NCBI GenBank assembly: GCA_964016885.1
Contig: OZ024746.1
Span: 40,362,001 to 40,426,000, forward strand
DNA from: Eledone cirrhosa
Lineage: Eukaryota
Direction of reading: 5' to 3'
Length of the DNA: 64,000 bases
This document shows positions 48,250 to 56,580 of this stretch, one piece after another (within the stretch, counting starts at the first letter, position 1; each line of letters begins with the position of its first letter). Under the pieces are notes generated by a model. The model saw only the letters and a program-made list of their open reading frames with translations. It searched no databases and had not been told where the DNA came from. The translations under genes and the position numbers were made by a program.

Positions 48250-50871
48250 TCATCATCATCATTTTTAATGTCCTCTTTCCCTGTGAGCAAGGGTTGGACG
48301 GGTCTACATAGACCAAATCAATACTGAAGCATCATATATATATATATATATAAACATAGACCAAAGAGAGATATCAAAATGAAGACAAGGACAAAAACAC
48401 ATATAAGACTCAAATATAGATAGAATACAATGCTCATTCTTTCAACCACCGACTGTAGGTTACACAACAACTTGGTTTCAATGTACATACCAGTATATGC
48501 ATCAAAACCAGGTTGTTACATAACCTAGTCGGAAGAAGCAAGTATCTTTTTCTGTGTTAGAGTTTTATATGCGTTTTTGCTATATATGTATGTGTGCGTA
48601 TGGATGTGTATCATCATCATCATATGTCCGCTTTTCCCTGCTTGCAAGGGTGGGACGGGAACTGATTCTGGCTTGATTTCTACAGCTGGATGCCCTTCCT
48701 AACACCAAGCTCATTTACAGTGAGTGCTGGGTGTTTTTTTTCCGAGCTCATTTACAGTGTGGGCTGGGTGCTTTTTTGCAGTGGCACCTCCACAACAACT
48801 TTGCAGTAGAATATATATATATAATTATATAGGTATATGGTTTAGTGGTTAGAGCATTGGGCTTGCAATCGAAAGGTTGTGAGTTCAATTCTCAGACTGG
48901 CTGATGTGTTGTTTCTTTGAGCAAGACACTTTATTTCACATTGCTCCAGTTCACTCAGCTGTAGAAATGAGATGATAGGACTGGGGTCCCTATCATTCCA
49001 CTGCAAAGTGGTCGTGGAGGTGCCACGGCAAAAAAGCACCCAGCCCACACTATAAAGTGGACGTGTAGGTACCACAGTAAAAAAGCATCCAGCACTCACT
49101 GTAGATGAGGTTGGTGTTAGGAAGGGCATCCAGCTGTAGAAATCAAGCCAGAATCAGTTCCTGTCCCACCCTTGCAAGCAGGGAAAAGCGGACGTAAAAT
49201 GAGATGATGATGATATATATAGTGGAAACAAAGGAAATTCATCATTTCAGTAAGATATATTTGAAAATAGAGAAGAATGACTTCACTGGTGGTTGGTAAT
49301 CTTTAATAGTTCAAATCTTTACAGTAAGTCGTTATTGATATTAGTGTTCTGGTGCCTTAAGAAGGTTGAAACCAGAACTAATATGAATAACAACTTACTG
49401 TAAATATTTGAACTATTAAAGAACACCAACCACCACTGAAGTCATTCCTCCCGTCCCCCTCTCTCTTTCTCTCTTGTGTGTCATATCAACACCTCTTCTA
49501 AAAAGCTTTCAGTGACATTTATGTCTCTCAAGCAATATATGCAGCAGAATAGAAGTTTGATAAAGCACTAGTAGCATATATCATATTTCGAATAAGATAG
49601 AGATTGGCACCAGAGAGGACATCTGGCTATGCAAAACCTATCAGAAAAAGAGTCTCATCCAACCTATGCAAGTATGGTAAAACATGTAAAAACAATGATG
49701 TTGATCCCAAAAGTAATATATTCTTTCTTGAATTTATTGTTTTTAATACGTTTTTGTGATGTTTTTCTATTCATATTAAGTTTTCTTATCACATTTCATT
49801 TACTGTCTCTAAGGAGCATACATCTCTTAAAGACTATATCTTGTTGATGTAAAATTGTAAAGTTACAATCGACAAAACTTTACACCACCTTACATTTCTC
49901 AGGATTGGAGACTTTCCTTTCAAACTATTCAAAGGAGGTTAAAAAAATTAGATCATTTTAATGCAGTTCCAATATTGGCTGATATTAGTAGACCAGCAAA
50001 GGGAAGATACTTTCTGTTTTGGCTAAAGATATAATTGACATACACTTTTTCATTTAACCCTTTTGATACCGACTCATCCAAAATTCTTCTTTAATTAATT
50101 GAAATAGAGTATATTTCATTAGAAATATGATCATGAAATGGTTAAGCAAATTCTCTCTGCATATATACTTATACATATTTATTAATATCTATTCTACAAC
50201 ATATATATTATTTAAAATTTGGTTAGTAATCTATTGATTATAATTTTTTCTTTTCATATGTACAGAATGGCTAATTTGCTGCTATAAAAGACTTATAAAA
50301 GTATATGCCACTCTCTACTTAGCTAAAAGTAATTACTCAAATTTCAAAATGCAAAATGTCTTGTTCATTTGGAAGTAGGAAACCTTAAAATTATTTGTCC
50401 ATCCAAAATCTTGTCAAATTTTCATGGATATGTAATTCCTTTCAATTTTGTGAATAATTTCAGATAAAGGTGCCAACAGTTGAAAGTACAGATGCTGCTG
50501 TAGCAAATCAAACTACTGAGTCCACAACTTCTGAAAGTCAACCTACAGTCACTGAAGAGAAGCCTGATGGGGATGAATCACACAGTCAACCTTTGCTATC
50601 GACTTTAACTCCTTTGATTACTGAACCCAGTAACCTTCCAACACAACAGTTGCTAATAATCAAACCAACTCCAGAAATTTCTCAAGAAATTGAAACTGTC
50701 TCCACTTCTGCTCCTGTTGCTCCTGTTCAAGAAAAAGAAGACAATGACGACAACAAGGATCAAACAAGTCAGCCTAGTACCCAAAACAATGCAGGGCCAT
50801 CATCACATCTCAATAATTCACCATCCCAACATCCAACTTTGTTGACTTTAACAGAAGGAAATACAGAATAA
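5318..50871 (+). CDS. SYMPK: Symplekin (scaffold of pre-mRNA 3'-end processing), complete gene span; 32 coding exons, about 3732 nt CDS / 1243 aa
   Basis: Spliced translation matches known symplekin segments: [99 protein letters not shown]. All introns are GT-AG with compatible phases. Confidence 0.97.
5872..6320 (-). mobile_element. Degenerate RTE LINE 3' fragment (related copies near 28750-29010 and 31100-31452)
   Basis: Minus-strand translation with stops: [23 protein letters not shown]...[27 protein letters not shown]...[10 protein letters not shown]. Confidence 0.8.
6400..7300 (+). mobile_element. Highly decayed LINE remnant, possibly CR1/Jockey-like
   Basis: Only scattered fragments reminiscent of RT C-terminal motifs; no intact ORF. 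Confidence 0.3.
7430..8215 (+). mobile_element. Decayed 3' fragment of the PHD-containing RTE family
   Basis: Colinear with the 3' third of the element at 60019-63290 (e.g. TGACAACAAAGGGCTTCTTTCTCAGAGTAACAGGTAGACTG); many stops and indels. Confidence 0.75.
8357..8425 (+). CDS. SYMPK: Symplekin exon 2
   Basis: TTGCAG|[23 protein letters not shown]|GTATGT. Confidence 0.93.
9092..10020 (-). mobile_element. 5'-truncated RTE-group LINE with an uninterrupted 304-aa RT C-terminal ORF, inserted in a SINE
   Basis: [40 protein letters not shown] motifs; (TAGA)n tail; 9-bp TSD TAGTACTTA at 9083-9091 and 10021-10029. Confidence 0.93.
10321..10374 (+). CDS. SYMPK: Symplekin exon 3
   Basis: TTCTAG|[18 protein letters not shown]|GTAAGT. 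Confidence 0.93.
11839..11912 (+). CDS. SYMPK: Symplekin exon 4
   Basis: [24 protein letters not shown](C); ends phase 2, GTAAGT. Confidence 0.93.
12508..12702. mobile_element. piggyBac-type MITE
   Basis: TTAA followed by CCCTTTAGCATTTA; partial right TIR TAAATGCTAA; shares 12 bp of TIR with the piggyBac at 21836. Confidence 0.7.
12898..13024 (+). CDS. SYMPK: Symplekin exon 5
   Basis: [42 protein letters not shown]. Confidence 0.93.
14248..14354 (+). CDS. SYMPK: Symplekin exon 6
   Basis: [35 protein letters not shown](G). Confidence 0.92.
14728..14882. mobile_element. pogo/Tigger-like MITE
   Basis: Imperfect TIRs TATATACTCGTATATAAGCCG ... CAGCTTATATTTGAGTATATA. Confidence 0.5.
15009..15072 (+). 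CDS. SYMPK: Symplekin exon 7
   Basis: [21 protein letters not shown]|GTAAGT. Confidence 0.92.
15863..16014 (+). CDS. SYMPK: Symplekin exon 8
   Basis: [50 protein letters not shown](S). Confidence 0.92.
16387..16773 (-). mobile_element. Full-length SINE family B (tRNA head + CORE-like segment + RTE-derived bipartite tail)
   Basis: Box A TGGCTTAGTGG, box B GAGTTCAATTC, CTTGAGCAAGACACTT segment, GTTAGGAAGGGCATCCAGC, (ATG)n tail. Close copies at 45544-45863(-), 48610-48812(-), 48838-49214(+), 24333-24609(+). Confidence 0.88.
17371..17468 (+). CDS. SYMPK: Symplekin exon 9
   Basis: [32 protein letters not shown]; AAG acceptor. Confidence 0.92.
18550..19188 (+). mobile_element. Penelope-like element, GIY-YIG endonuclease fragment (frameshifted)
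   Basis: [26 protein letters not shown] / [17 protein letters not shown]...CRLCSEE...[14 protein letters not shown]: VIY-YIG, conserved R, E and N residues and the Cys-rich linker of PLE endonucleases. Confidence 0.9.
19375..20905. repeat. 1.5-kb compound (TG)n/(TA)n microsatellite
   Basis: Directly visible; TGGG variant units appear after about 20395. Confidence 0.98.
21255..21409 (+). CDS. SYMPK: Symplekin exon 10
   Basis: (V)[51 protein letters not shown]|GTAAGA. Confidence 0.95.
21745..23590 (+). repeat. About 55-58-bp minisatellite, interrupted by the piggyBac
   Basis: Unit approximately ACAAGCTAATGTTAAGGGACTCACCACACATCTTCAGTGGTGTCTCT; about 2 units left and about 5 units right of the transposon. 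Confidence 0.85.
21836..23302 (-). mobile_element. Internally deleted piggyBac DNA transposon
   Basis: Perfect 14-bp TIR CCCTTTAGCATTCA, TTAA on both sides (21832-21835, 23303-23306). Transposase starts [13 protein letters not shown] (ATG 23063), frameshifts, and runs through YWSTD...RF..L..YLH..D...[12 protein letters not shown] before ending ahead of the catalytic triad. Confidence 0.93.
24054..24146 (+). CDS. SYMPK: Symplekin exon 11 (3' end may be 24152)
   Basis: [31 protein letters not shown], with a bipartite NLS-like basic pattern; two in-frame GT donors 6 nt apart. Confidence 0.85.
25451..25612 (+). CDS. SYMPK: Symplekin exon 12
   Basis: PDPDPEEEE...[26 protein letters not shown]|GTGAGT. 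Confidence 0.92.
26604..27127. mobile_element. Non-coding fold-back insertion with 186-bp inverted arms and TSD (Penelope pLTR/retrozyme-like)
   Basis: Arms 26601-26786 and 26809-26996 differ only by a 2-bp indel. Direct repeat TACATAACTATATATATA at 26586-26603 and 27128-27145. Confidence 0.8.
26669..26799 (-). ncRNA. Type I hammerhead ribozyme candidate with extended stem II
   Basis: Minus strand: TATTT-CTGAAGA-(about 100-nt hairpin)-GAAAC-GATC-GT-T-AAATA; stem I 5 bp; palindromic stem III. Confidence 0.6.
28403..28561 (+). CDS. SYMPK: Symplekin exon 13
   Basis: [53 protein letters not shown]|GTAAGT. Confidence 0.95.
29440..29518 (+). CDS. SYMPK: Symplekin exon 14
   Basis: TTACAG|[26 protein letters not shown](G)|GTAAGT; phase fits neighbours; poorly conserved linker. 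Confidence 0.8.
30446..30507 (+). CDS. SYMPK: Symplekin exon 15
   Basis: TTCCAG|[20 protein letters not shown]|GTAAGT; phase 1 to 0. Confidence 0.8.
30942..31056 (+). CDS. SYMPK: Symplekin exon 16
   Basis: [38 protein letters not shown]. Confidence 0.92.
31952..32038 (+). CDS. SYMPK: Symplekin exon 17
   Basis: [28 protein letters not shown]|GTGAGT. Confidence 0.92.
32718..32913 (+). CDS. SYMPK: Symplekin exon 18
   Basis: [24 protein letters not shown]...[21 protein letters not shown](G). Confidence 0.94.
33022..33420 (+). repeat. About 48-bp tandem array derived from the SINE-B/RTE 5' UTR module
   Basis: About 8 diverged units of GTGCTGGTGCCACAATAAAATGCACCCAGTCCACTCTGTAAAGTGGTA, ending in GTTATGAAGGGCA. 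Confidence 0.8.
33763..33854 (-). ncRNA. Type I hammerhead ribozyme candidate (slightly decayed)
   Basis: ACCAGT-CTGACGA-GCAGAT...ATCTGT-GAAAC-ATGC-AT-A-ACAGGT; stem II closes with 6 bp; stem I 5/6 bp. Confidence 0.55.
34307..34388 (+). CDS. SYMPK: Symplekin exon 19
   Basis: [27 protein letters not shown]|GTATGT. Confidence 0.93.
35035..35148 (+). CDS. SYMPK: Symplekin exon 20
   Basis: [38 protein letters not shown]|GTAGGT. Confidence 0.92.
36080..36148 (+). CDS. SYMPK: Symplekin exon 21
   Basis: [23 protein letters not shown]|GTCTGT. Confidence 0.9.
36845..36926 (+). CDS. SYMPK: Symplekin exon 22
   Basis: [27 protein letters not shown]|GTAAGT (phase 1). Confidence 0.91.
37287..37400. ncRNA. 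Palindrome made of two divergent minimal hammerhead-like cores
   Basis: 53-bp arms (4 mismatches) around an 8-nt spacer; each arm reads CTGAAGA-N12-GAAAC-AATT-GT-T. Confidence 0.55.
37465..37670. repeat. (TG)n/(TA)n microsatellite
   Basis: Directly visible. Confidence 0.95.
37754..37844 (+). CDS. SYMPK: Symplekin exon 23
   Basis: [29 protein letters not shown](E). Confidence 0.94.
38067..38421. mobile_element. Tigger/pogo-like MITE, TA-flanked, with a nested second TIR fragment near 38241
   Basis: TA-CAGTGTACTCCC ... GGGGACAACTG-TA imperfect TIRs. Confidence 0.55.
38649..38718 (+). CDS. SYMPK: Symplekin exon 24
   Basis: [23 protein letters not shown]|GTGTGT. Confidence 0.93.
39835..40195 (-). 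repeat. About 48-bp tandem array, same module as 33022-33420 in the opposite orientation
   Basis: About 8 units of ACCAGCACTACCACTTTACAGAGTGGACTGGGTGCATTTTATCATGAC. Confidence 0.8.
40254..40362 (+). CDS. SYMPK: Symplekin exon 25
   Basis: [36 protein letters not shown]. Confidence 0.96.
40889..40989 (+). CDS. SYMPK: Symplekin exon 26
   Basis: [33 protein letters not shown]. Confidence 0.96.
41930..42014 (+). CDS. SYMPK: Symplekin exon 27
   Basis: [28 protein letters not shown]. Confidence 0.96.
42750..43062 (+). repeat. 29-40-bp minisatellite ending at the exon 28 acceptor
   Basis: About 9 units of ATAGAATATCTCTAATTATATAT(ATTTT)ATCTGTAG. Confidence 0.88.
43063..43167 (+). CDS. SYMPK: Symplekin exon 28
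   Basis: [34 protein letters not shown]. Confidence 0.94.
43930..44120. mobile_element. hAT/Charlie-like MITE fragment
   Basis: GCGGCCC/GTGGCCC subterminal motifs and terminal GTTTGACATGCCTG. Confidence 0.45.
44468..44655 (+). CDS. SYMPK: Symplekin exon 29
   Basis: [62 protein letters not shown]. Confidence 0.96.
45864..45923. repeat. (TA)30 microsatellite at the head of a SINE B copy
   Basis: Directly visible. Confidence 0.95.
46587..46763 (+). CDS. SYMPK: Symplekin exon 30
   Basis: [34 protein letters not shown]...[16 protein letters not shown]. Confidence 0.96.
47095..47512 (+). mobile_element. Two tandem SINE family A copies
   Basis: Same body as the 3955-4932 copies. Further copies near 8830, 21500, 25680, 30580, 32460, 36580, 41600, 43500. 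Confidence 0.85.
47817..47924 (+). CDS. SYMPK: Symplekin exon 31
   Basis: [36 protein letters not shown]|GTATGT. Confidence 0.92.
48838..49214 (+). mobile_element. Full-length SINE family B copy
   Basis: tRNA-like head, CTTTGAGCAAGACACTT, RTE-derived modules, (ATG)n tail. Confidence 0.88.
49275..49447. repeat. Fold-back repeat with about 75-bp arms
   Basis: GAATGACTTCA...GTTCTGGT / ACCAGAAC...TGAAGTCATTC. Confidence 0.85.
50464..50871 (+). CDS. SYMPK: Symplekin terminal exon 32 (low-complexity S/T/E/Q/P tail)
   Basis: TTTCAG acceptor, phase 0, 135 open codons to TAA, followed by a poly(A) signal. Confidence 0.82.
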   Translation: MKVPTVESTDAAVANQTTESTTSESQPTVTEEKPDGDESHSQPLLSTLTPLITEPSNLPTQQLLIIKPTPEISQEIETVSTSAPVAPVQEKEDNDDNKDQTSQPSTQNNAGPSSHLNNSPSQHPTLLTLTEGNTE

Positions 50872-50958
50872 CTTTTCATATTAGAAATAATTATATATAC
50901 ACATTTAAATCACCACTGTAATCTGAATTGAAATATGAAATTAAATCTCTTTTGTAAA

Positions 50959-50990
50959 AATAAACAATTGTTTTAATGTTTTTACTGCCT
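50959..50990 (+). terminator. Putative SYMPK polyadenylation signal
   Basis: AATAAA at 50959-50964, 88 nt after the stop, followed by a U/GU-rich tract. Confidence 0.6.
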
Positions 50991-51112
50991 TAACATAACA
51001 GCATTGAATCATATTTGACCAATTTGATAAGGTGTTAGCTTACCAATTAAAATATTTACGGTTCATATTTTATTTCCAGCTCTTTCAACTATGTAGAAGA
51101 ATTTACTTAACA

Positions 51113-51902
51113 AAAGGCCTGAGAGTAAAAGTGCTAGTGAGTAGGAGAGAAGATAGGACCCTGATTTCTTCAGGGAAATAACTTTCCCTAATATGTAGAA
51201 AGGGAGTAGGCATGAACTCCATACACAATGTAAATCTTGGGTAGATGAGATGTAGTGGGATAATGGGTAGACTAATAGAAAGGGAAGACTTTATTTGTAG
51301 AAGGTGCACAGGAGTAATCGAGGGGAAGAGTATCTGATAGAAAATTCTTCAAGTCATAGGAAGGACCCATAGATGTGGTTGATAGCTCCTGCTATCTAGG
51401 CAGCATAATAGCTAGAATAAGGATAGGATGGAAAAAGTTCAGAGAGCTGCTCCCAATGTTGACAACAAAAGGTTTCTCCCTACGTAGATGCCTGTGTGTG
51501 AAGTGCGATGCTGCATGGTAGTGGAACATGGGCTGTGACTGCAGATGTGCATAGATTGGAGAGAAATGAAGCAACCATGCTCCATTGGATGTGCAATGTA
51601 AGTGTGGTGTGGGAGAGAAAGGTAAAGCTTGGATGAGTTAAGGTAAAAGCTGGGTTTTTGAGGAATACAAGGTGGTGTGCAGGAGAGAAGACTGCATTGG
51701 TTTGGACATGTGCATCACATGGACATTGATCATTGGGTGAAGAAATGCTAATGGAAGGAAAACTGTGGTAGAGGTAGACCAAGAAAGATCTGGGTAAGGG
51801 TTGTGATAGCTGACCTCAAATCACAGACTCACAGAGACGATGACAAAGGATCATGTGTGAAGAGATGCTGTGCTGAGAAGGACCCGTAAAAATTATGATG
51901 AT
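51113..51902 (+). mobile_element. Decayed 3' fragment of the PHD-containing RTE family (another near 52600-53060)
   Basis: Colinear with 60019-60950, e.g. GGATGGAAAAAGTTCAGAGAGCTGCTCCCA (GWKKFRELLP); ends in (ATG)n. Confidence 0.8.
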
Positions 51903-54900
51903 ATATATATGTATATATATCATCATCATCATCATCATGATATATATATATATATATATGTGGAAAATCGACGTTAAACAATGATATATATAAAATTCAA
52001 AATAAGGTGAGTGGAGGCAATGGAAAAATTGATGAAACACAGGACAGTCCCTTCTCATTAGTTGACCTCTGGAGGTCTTTTTGATTTCAGTGCATTAAGG
52101 TCAATATCACTAGCTCCACTGCACACATGACAGTAACAAATGGACACATAGCAGAACGATTAGTCTTTTGACTACAAATAAAATAAAATTTACTACAGAC
52201 CAATGTGCTGCAACTGAAAAGAAGAGATGGAAACAAAGCCCAACATATTACCCTAGAAGAGAAAATATGCACAGAAGGCAAAGTAAGAAAGAGAAAGTGG
52301 AAGCAACAGCTTGGATGTTAGTCCTCAATAGACAGACATAATGAGCAGAGAGAAAGAAAATGAAGAAAGGAACTCAGAATGCAGACAGAGTAAAATTTAA
52401 GATATCAATTTGAAAAAAATGTCCTGCATGGTTAAAATTATGTATAGGAATTAGTATATCAAGATATCAAAAGACCTGGGTTAAATACTTGCAAAAGACT
52501 GGGTGCTGCTAAATAACACCTTTAAGGATCAGCTGACAGTGTTTAGGTAACCTCTTTAGCGGTGGAAGGAGATGTACAGAAAGTATTATAGCCGGAAGTA
52601 GAACTGTGGAGTAGAAATTCAGGGACTTGTTATCTCATCTGACATCAAAGGGCTTTTCTCTTAGAGTGAAGGGTAGTTTATATAATGTACATATGGGAAC
52701 AAGACATGGGTCTTGATTGCAGAAGATTTGTAACAGCTAAAAAGAAATGAGGCATGCATGTTTGACTGAATGTGTAATATTAGTGTGCATGAACAACAGG
52801 TCACAAGTGAACTGAGAGAAAAGTTAAGAATAACAGGAATTGAATGTCGTGCACAAGAGAGATGATTGTGCTGGTTTGGGCATGTAATGTGTAAGGAAAG
52901 CAAGGGTTGTATAAAGCAAGGGTGACCAAGGAAGACGTAGAATAAAGTTGTGATGAATGACCTTAAGAAACAACCTCATGAAAGAGAATGACACAGGACT
53001 GAGCTGACTGGCGATTTACCATAATACTAAAGACCCATCCACCAGTACAAGCACTGAGTCACTAAAAGTAAACATGGAGAGGGAGTTGAAATTACAGTGT
53101 TATGCAATCAAATGGAAACAATATAGCCTCTGAGAAGACTCTTCAGTCTGGCCAAGTATGTAACAACCTCTCCAGTCCATAAATGCACCCAGTCCACTCT
53201 GTAAAATGATAATGCTGGAGCCACAAAAATGTACCCTTGTATGGTAGTTGACATTAGGAAGAGCATCCTGCGGTAAAAACCATATTGAATCTGAAACATA
53301 ATGAGCAAGATGAGGTCACTCCAACCCATCTGGTCATGCACCATGACAACCCATTCAATCTATGCCAACCTGGAAAGCGGACGAAAAAAATGATGATGAT
53401 GATTAGGTCTGTCATCCAAGAACAAGTCCATTTGATGGTCTTCTGCATAGTTTCTGTCTTACTTACTCACAAGTCTTGGGTTGCCATGAGTCTGTGGTAG
53501 AAGAGATACTTGCCTGACATGCAGTGTAGTGTGATTGAACAGGCAAAACCATGATTGCAAAGTAAACTTATAAATCACATAGCCTTGCACTTGTAGTAAT
53601 ATTTTCATATAATGGTTGATGACTATATTAACCATTGTATGAAGACGTTAACTACTGGGTTAGGTTGAGTTGTTATTGCTTAACCCCAAATGAGATTTGA
53701 AAATATAATTTCAGTGTTTGTTGCTGCCACCATTGCTTCCCCTCTCTCTACTCCCCCCTCTTTCTCTGACTATCTATCTATCACTCACACTTTTACCATC
53801 CTCTCTTCGCAGCATGACAGACAATTCACACCATAGATACAGTACTGTTATCAATTCTTCCTCTCTATCACTTTCTCACTTCATCTCATCACTCTCTCCT
53901 ACGAAAGAAATTGGCTGTGTTCAGACCTGGAGAGGAGATAGATAGACCTCGCCAGGTTTTAAATGCCCAAGAAACGCTGTATGTCGGTCCTGCTACGATT
54001 CCACTAGCAGTTACCTGTCCATACATATATACATATATATTCAAAAGATAGGATGGTCATGGTTAGAATGCCTTTAAACATAATTCTGCTCGATCAACAT
54101 TAACTTGAGATTAAACAACAACTGCACCTATAATTCATAGTTATATAAAGTTCGCCTATTTATTTGACGATTACATTTTCTTAAATACTTATTTTGTATG
54201 TATTTCCCATGTGTCATTTCCTTTTGAAGATGGTAGAATGTGATTTTAGGGGAAAATTGGCTGCTATTTCTAGCAGAACGAGTAATCGCGTAGAGGCTCC
54301 TTCGTTGCCTCGTCTGCTATATTGACACATCATATACTGAAGTTCTGTCAGATAAGAGTTATCTAACTTGGATTCATGCAAGAGCCATTTTAATTGAAGG
54401 GTAAATTTGTTTATTATAATTCATCTGTTTATTATTTTCGTTGGTTTTAAAGTTTTCAAGAATACTAAGAGCTTAAAGAACTTTGGAATATATATTTTAA
54501 AAAGATTGCATAAACTGACTTTTTTCATTGATGTTTTAAACATTTTATCATTGTTTTAATTACCTCTGGCATCGTCGTTTGATACTTTAGACGAGCTTGT
54601 CTAAAATTTGTATTTAGATGTATATATTATAAATAACGAGATTCTGTTAATGTCTTGAAAGATGTCAAAGAACAAAATATATGAAAGTTTTTGTTTTTTT
54701 TCTATAAATGTGATATAAACATCTAATACATACAAAACTAAACGTAAGCAAAATGAAACTTAGCTAAATTCTCAATTAAGTATGGAAAAAAAATTGTGAA
54801 TATTTTCTTTACAAAACATCCGCACGATATGGGAAGGTTGATATTAAGACACCAGAAACTTTAATTTTAGACAGTAAGCATAAGAAATGTCTAAGTTTGT

Positions 54901-55497
54901 GGCTTAATAGTAAGGATGTTCAGGCTCACGACCGTAAGATTGTGAGTTCGATTCCCAGACCGGACGGCAGATTAGGTCCTTGAGCAAGACGCAGTCCCTG
55001 TAATTCAAGGAGTTAGCCTAGTTACACATCGTGTCACATTGAATCTCCCTTAGAACTACGTTAAGGGTGTCTGGAATGCTTGGCTATTTACACGTTAATT
55101 TTGCGAACAGGCAGTTCCATTGATTAAATCGACTCGAGAACTCGTCGTGGGGTCCAACACCAATATAGAAATGTTATTACCTGTGGATGGATGACAGAAG
55201 GAGGGGAGTTAGGGATAGCTGAATAAGAGAAATATAGTATTTTGTTTAATGAAGAAACGAAACGAAAATTAAACAAAACTTGGTAACCAATTTAGTAGCA
55301 AGGCCCAAAATAAAAACACTCCGTTTTAAAACTCAGTTAATATTCTAGCTATTTTCGGAATTTATCCAAGAGTGGATAGACAAACAGTTAAACCACTAAG
55401 CTATGTGTAAAATAACAAATCAGATGCATTGTTAATGTTATTTATGCATTTGTAATGTTATTTATACAACTGTGTATAAAATGTACGTAGTAAGATA

Positions 55498-56120
55498 TAA
55501 TTGTTTTCACTTTTGGCACAAGGCCAGCAATTATCTCAGTGCATTACTGGTACTTTATTTTATCGACCCTGTAAGGATGAAAGGCAAAGTTAATCTCGGC
55601 GGGATTTGAACTCAGACCGTAAAGGGTCATAACTCTATGCTGCAAAGCATGGCGTCCGACCTTCTACTGATACTGCCAATCCGCGATATAAACAGTGTCA
55701 CATTCTAGTTTCTATTAGGGCATGACACTTATAAATGAGATAATCTGCAGTGCCAGAGTTATTTTGGCTTTCATTCCTTGAAATATGATAAATGTCCATA
55801 AATGTCCATTACTGATACTGTCAATCCACTGCTCTATTCTACCACATAATAATAATTGTTTCTACTATTGGCACAAGGCCAGCAATTAATCAGTACATTA
55901 CTGGTACTTTATTTTATCGACCCCGTAAGAATGAAAGGCAAAGTTAACCTCGGCGGGATTTGAACTCAGAATGGCAAGGGCCGTAACTCTATGCGTCAAA
56001 GCATGGCGTCCAACCCTCTACCGATACTGCCAAGTCACCGCCTAATGATAATTGTTTCTACTTTTGGCACAAGGCCAGCAATTACTCAGTGTATTACTGG
56101 AACTTTATTGTATCAACCCT
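55498..56120 (-). mobile_element. Three SINE family A copies (a + copy follows at 56893-57085)
   Basis: GGCACAAGGCCAGCAATTA...GGCGGGATTTGAACTCAGA at 55498-55682, 55855-56040 and partial 56050-56120. Confidence 0.87.
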
Positions 56121-56580
56121 TCGCGAAACCACCCCTGGTCTCTTACATACAAATTTGCCTGTTTGTTAAGTGCTCATATCAAAATTAAGACTTACCATCA
56201 TATTTTTATTTAAGAGCCTTTTGGTAACCTATATTCTAAACACCAGCTGTATAATGAAATGGATTTAAAAATCAATAATTTGAAAATATCCCTCTAAATT
56301 CTTGGTTATTATCAAAATGTATTAAATAGACCAGCAGTTTATTTAATTCAAAATATGGTTATGAACATGTTAATATTTAGTGAGATGTAATATTTTGTAT
56401 TAAGACATTCCTGATAAATCTAAAATGACTTAATTTTTTTTTTTTTAACAGTTTTTCACAACACTTTTTCCTGTTGCCGATTTATCCAAGATTATCTTCA
56501 ATTTGACCTTTTCTCCCTAAATATGTTTTGGCCATTTTTGCTTGTTTTTTGCAGATTCTTTTCATGTTAAACAATACTCC

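Noticed and set aside
54335-54406. Possible non-coding first exon of SCFD2 ending at AAGG|GTAAAT
   Set aside because: Only a donor-like motif; cannot be supported without transcript data.
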